From the IMG/VR virus record IMGVR_UViG_3300044496_000045: DNA of 64,000 nucleotides. One strand, 5' to 3'. Origin of the DNA: a virus. Under the pieces are notes generated by a model that saw nothing but the letters and a program-made list of their open reading frames with translations, was not told the DNA's origin and ran no database searches. Numbering within the stretch: the stretch's first letter is position 1; every line of letters starts with the position of its first letter. The position numbers and the translations under genes are program-made. Of this stretch, positions 63,692 to 64,000 are shown in pieces.

Positions 63692-64000
63692 ATGGATCCG
63701 AATGTTGCTGAACTAAATGCGGTCACGTTGCACGAGATTTACCCCCGGACCGTGGAAGACGAGTTCTTCCTGGCGACGCCACTCCTCGCCTATTTCCGGG
63801 ATCACTGCTTGGTGCCCTTCACCGGTGGCACCTTCATGCAGTCGCCGATTCGGTACGCACCGATGATCGGCGGCTTCTACGCGCCCGGCGCGGGCTTCAA
63901 CATCACCAAGCGCCAGACCATCACGGCGCTGCAGTTCGACACGCGGTACTGCTACGTGTCGATCCCCGAGTACAAGGAAGAAATCCAGGTCGAGAACAAG
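63692..64000 (+). CDS. Major capsid protein (N-terminal 103 aa, truncated by window edge)
   Basis: GAGGA RBS; LNAVTLHEI...VEDEFFLATPLL...GGTFMQSPIRY pattern of HK97-fold capsids following a scaffold. Confidence 0.8.
   Translation, partial: MDPNVAELNAVTLHEIYPRTVEDEFFLATPLLAYFRDHCLVPFTGGTFMQSPIRYAPMIGGFYAPGAGFNITKRQTITALQFDTRYCYVSIPEYKEEIQVENK

Larger units (their letters stand above)
1..64000. mobile_element. Tailed dsDNA bacteriophage genome (podovirus-like), host unknown
   Basis: Terminase, portal, scaffold, capsid, adaptor/nozzle, SLT-bearing ejection protein and phage replication genes in tightly coupled operons; no housekeeping host genes or integrase seen. Confidence 0.95.

Noticed and set aside
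5305-63726. Many long antisense or alternate-frame ORFs in the track (e.g. 6499-7749 -, 11994-13412 -, 27468-28889 +, 31316-32737 +, 35991-37262 +, 60708-61907 -)
   Set aside because: Arg/Gly/Pro-rich shadows of real genes expected at high GC; no RBS or domain motifs
1-64000. Genome-wide amber (TAG) recoding, genetic code 15
   Set aside because: Long genes are intact under code 11, and several TAG stops are followed by a gap and a fresh RBS (e.g. 2930, 36513, 52108); only a few abutting TAG|ATG junctions exist
1-64000. Temperate lifestyle (integrase, att site, CI/Cro pair)
   Set aside because: No tyrosine or serine recombinase or ParA recognised; a small part of the genome lies outside the window, so this is not fully excluded

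Overview
The whole window is a high-GC (roughly mid-60s % by eye) tailed dsDNA phage genome segment with podovirus-like architecture, probably most of a circularly permuted genome: the window ends inside the major capsid gene and starts inside a glycosyltransferase-like gene. Layout: (1) + strand virion module 1-19.5 kb (three glycosyltransferase-like genes, two adaptor-like proteins, a nozzle-like protein split over two in-frame ORFs, tail fibre, three ejection-type proteins, one with an SLT lysozyme domain); (2) - strand replication and nucleotide-metabolism module 19.5-41.4 kb (two amino-methyltransferases, a family A DNA polymerase split into two genes with a UDG-like N-terminus, HTH/sigma70-region-4 protein, macrodomain, DUF4326, SLOG, HerA-like ATPase, MazG-like, Pif1/RecD-like helicase, cold-shock proteins, AAA ATPase, Cas4-like exonuclease); (3) + strand RepA-like helicase followed by an iteron-like AT-rich patch; (4) - strand cluster of small putative early genes 42.8-49.6 kb, strongly enriched in GTAC; (5) divergent control region 49.6-50.3 kb; (6) + strand late module 50.3-64 kb (terminase, portal, scaffold, capsid). 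The best candidate for an undescribed system is a set of seven GTCAA-N4-TTGAC inverted -35-box operators at the main promoters plus a phage HTH-sigma4 protein that could read them. Other highlights are the two-gene PolA, the TAG|ATG-split tail protein, region-specific GTAC enrichment and two multi-stem intergenic RNAs. All family assignments come from motifs recognised by eye and all counts are hand counts; no searches were run. No integrase, tRNA, CRISPR array or reverse transcriptase was recognised.
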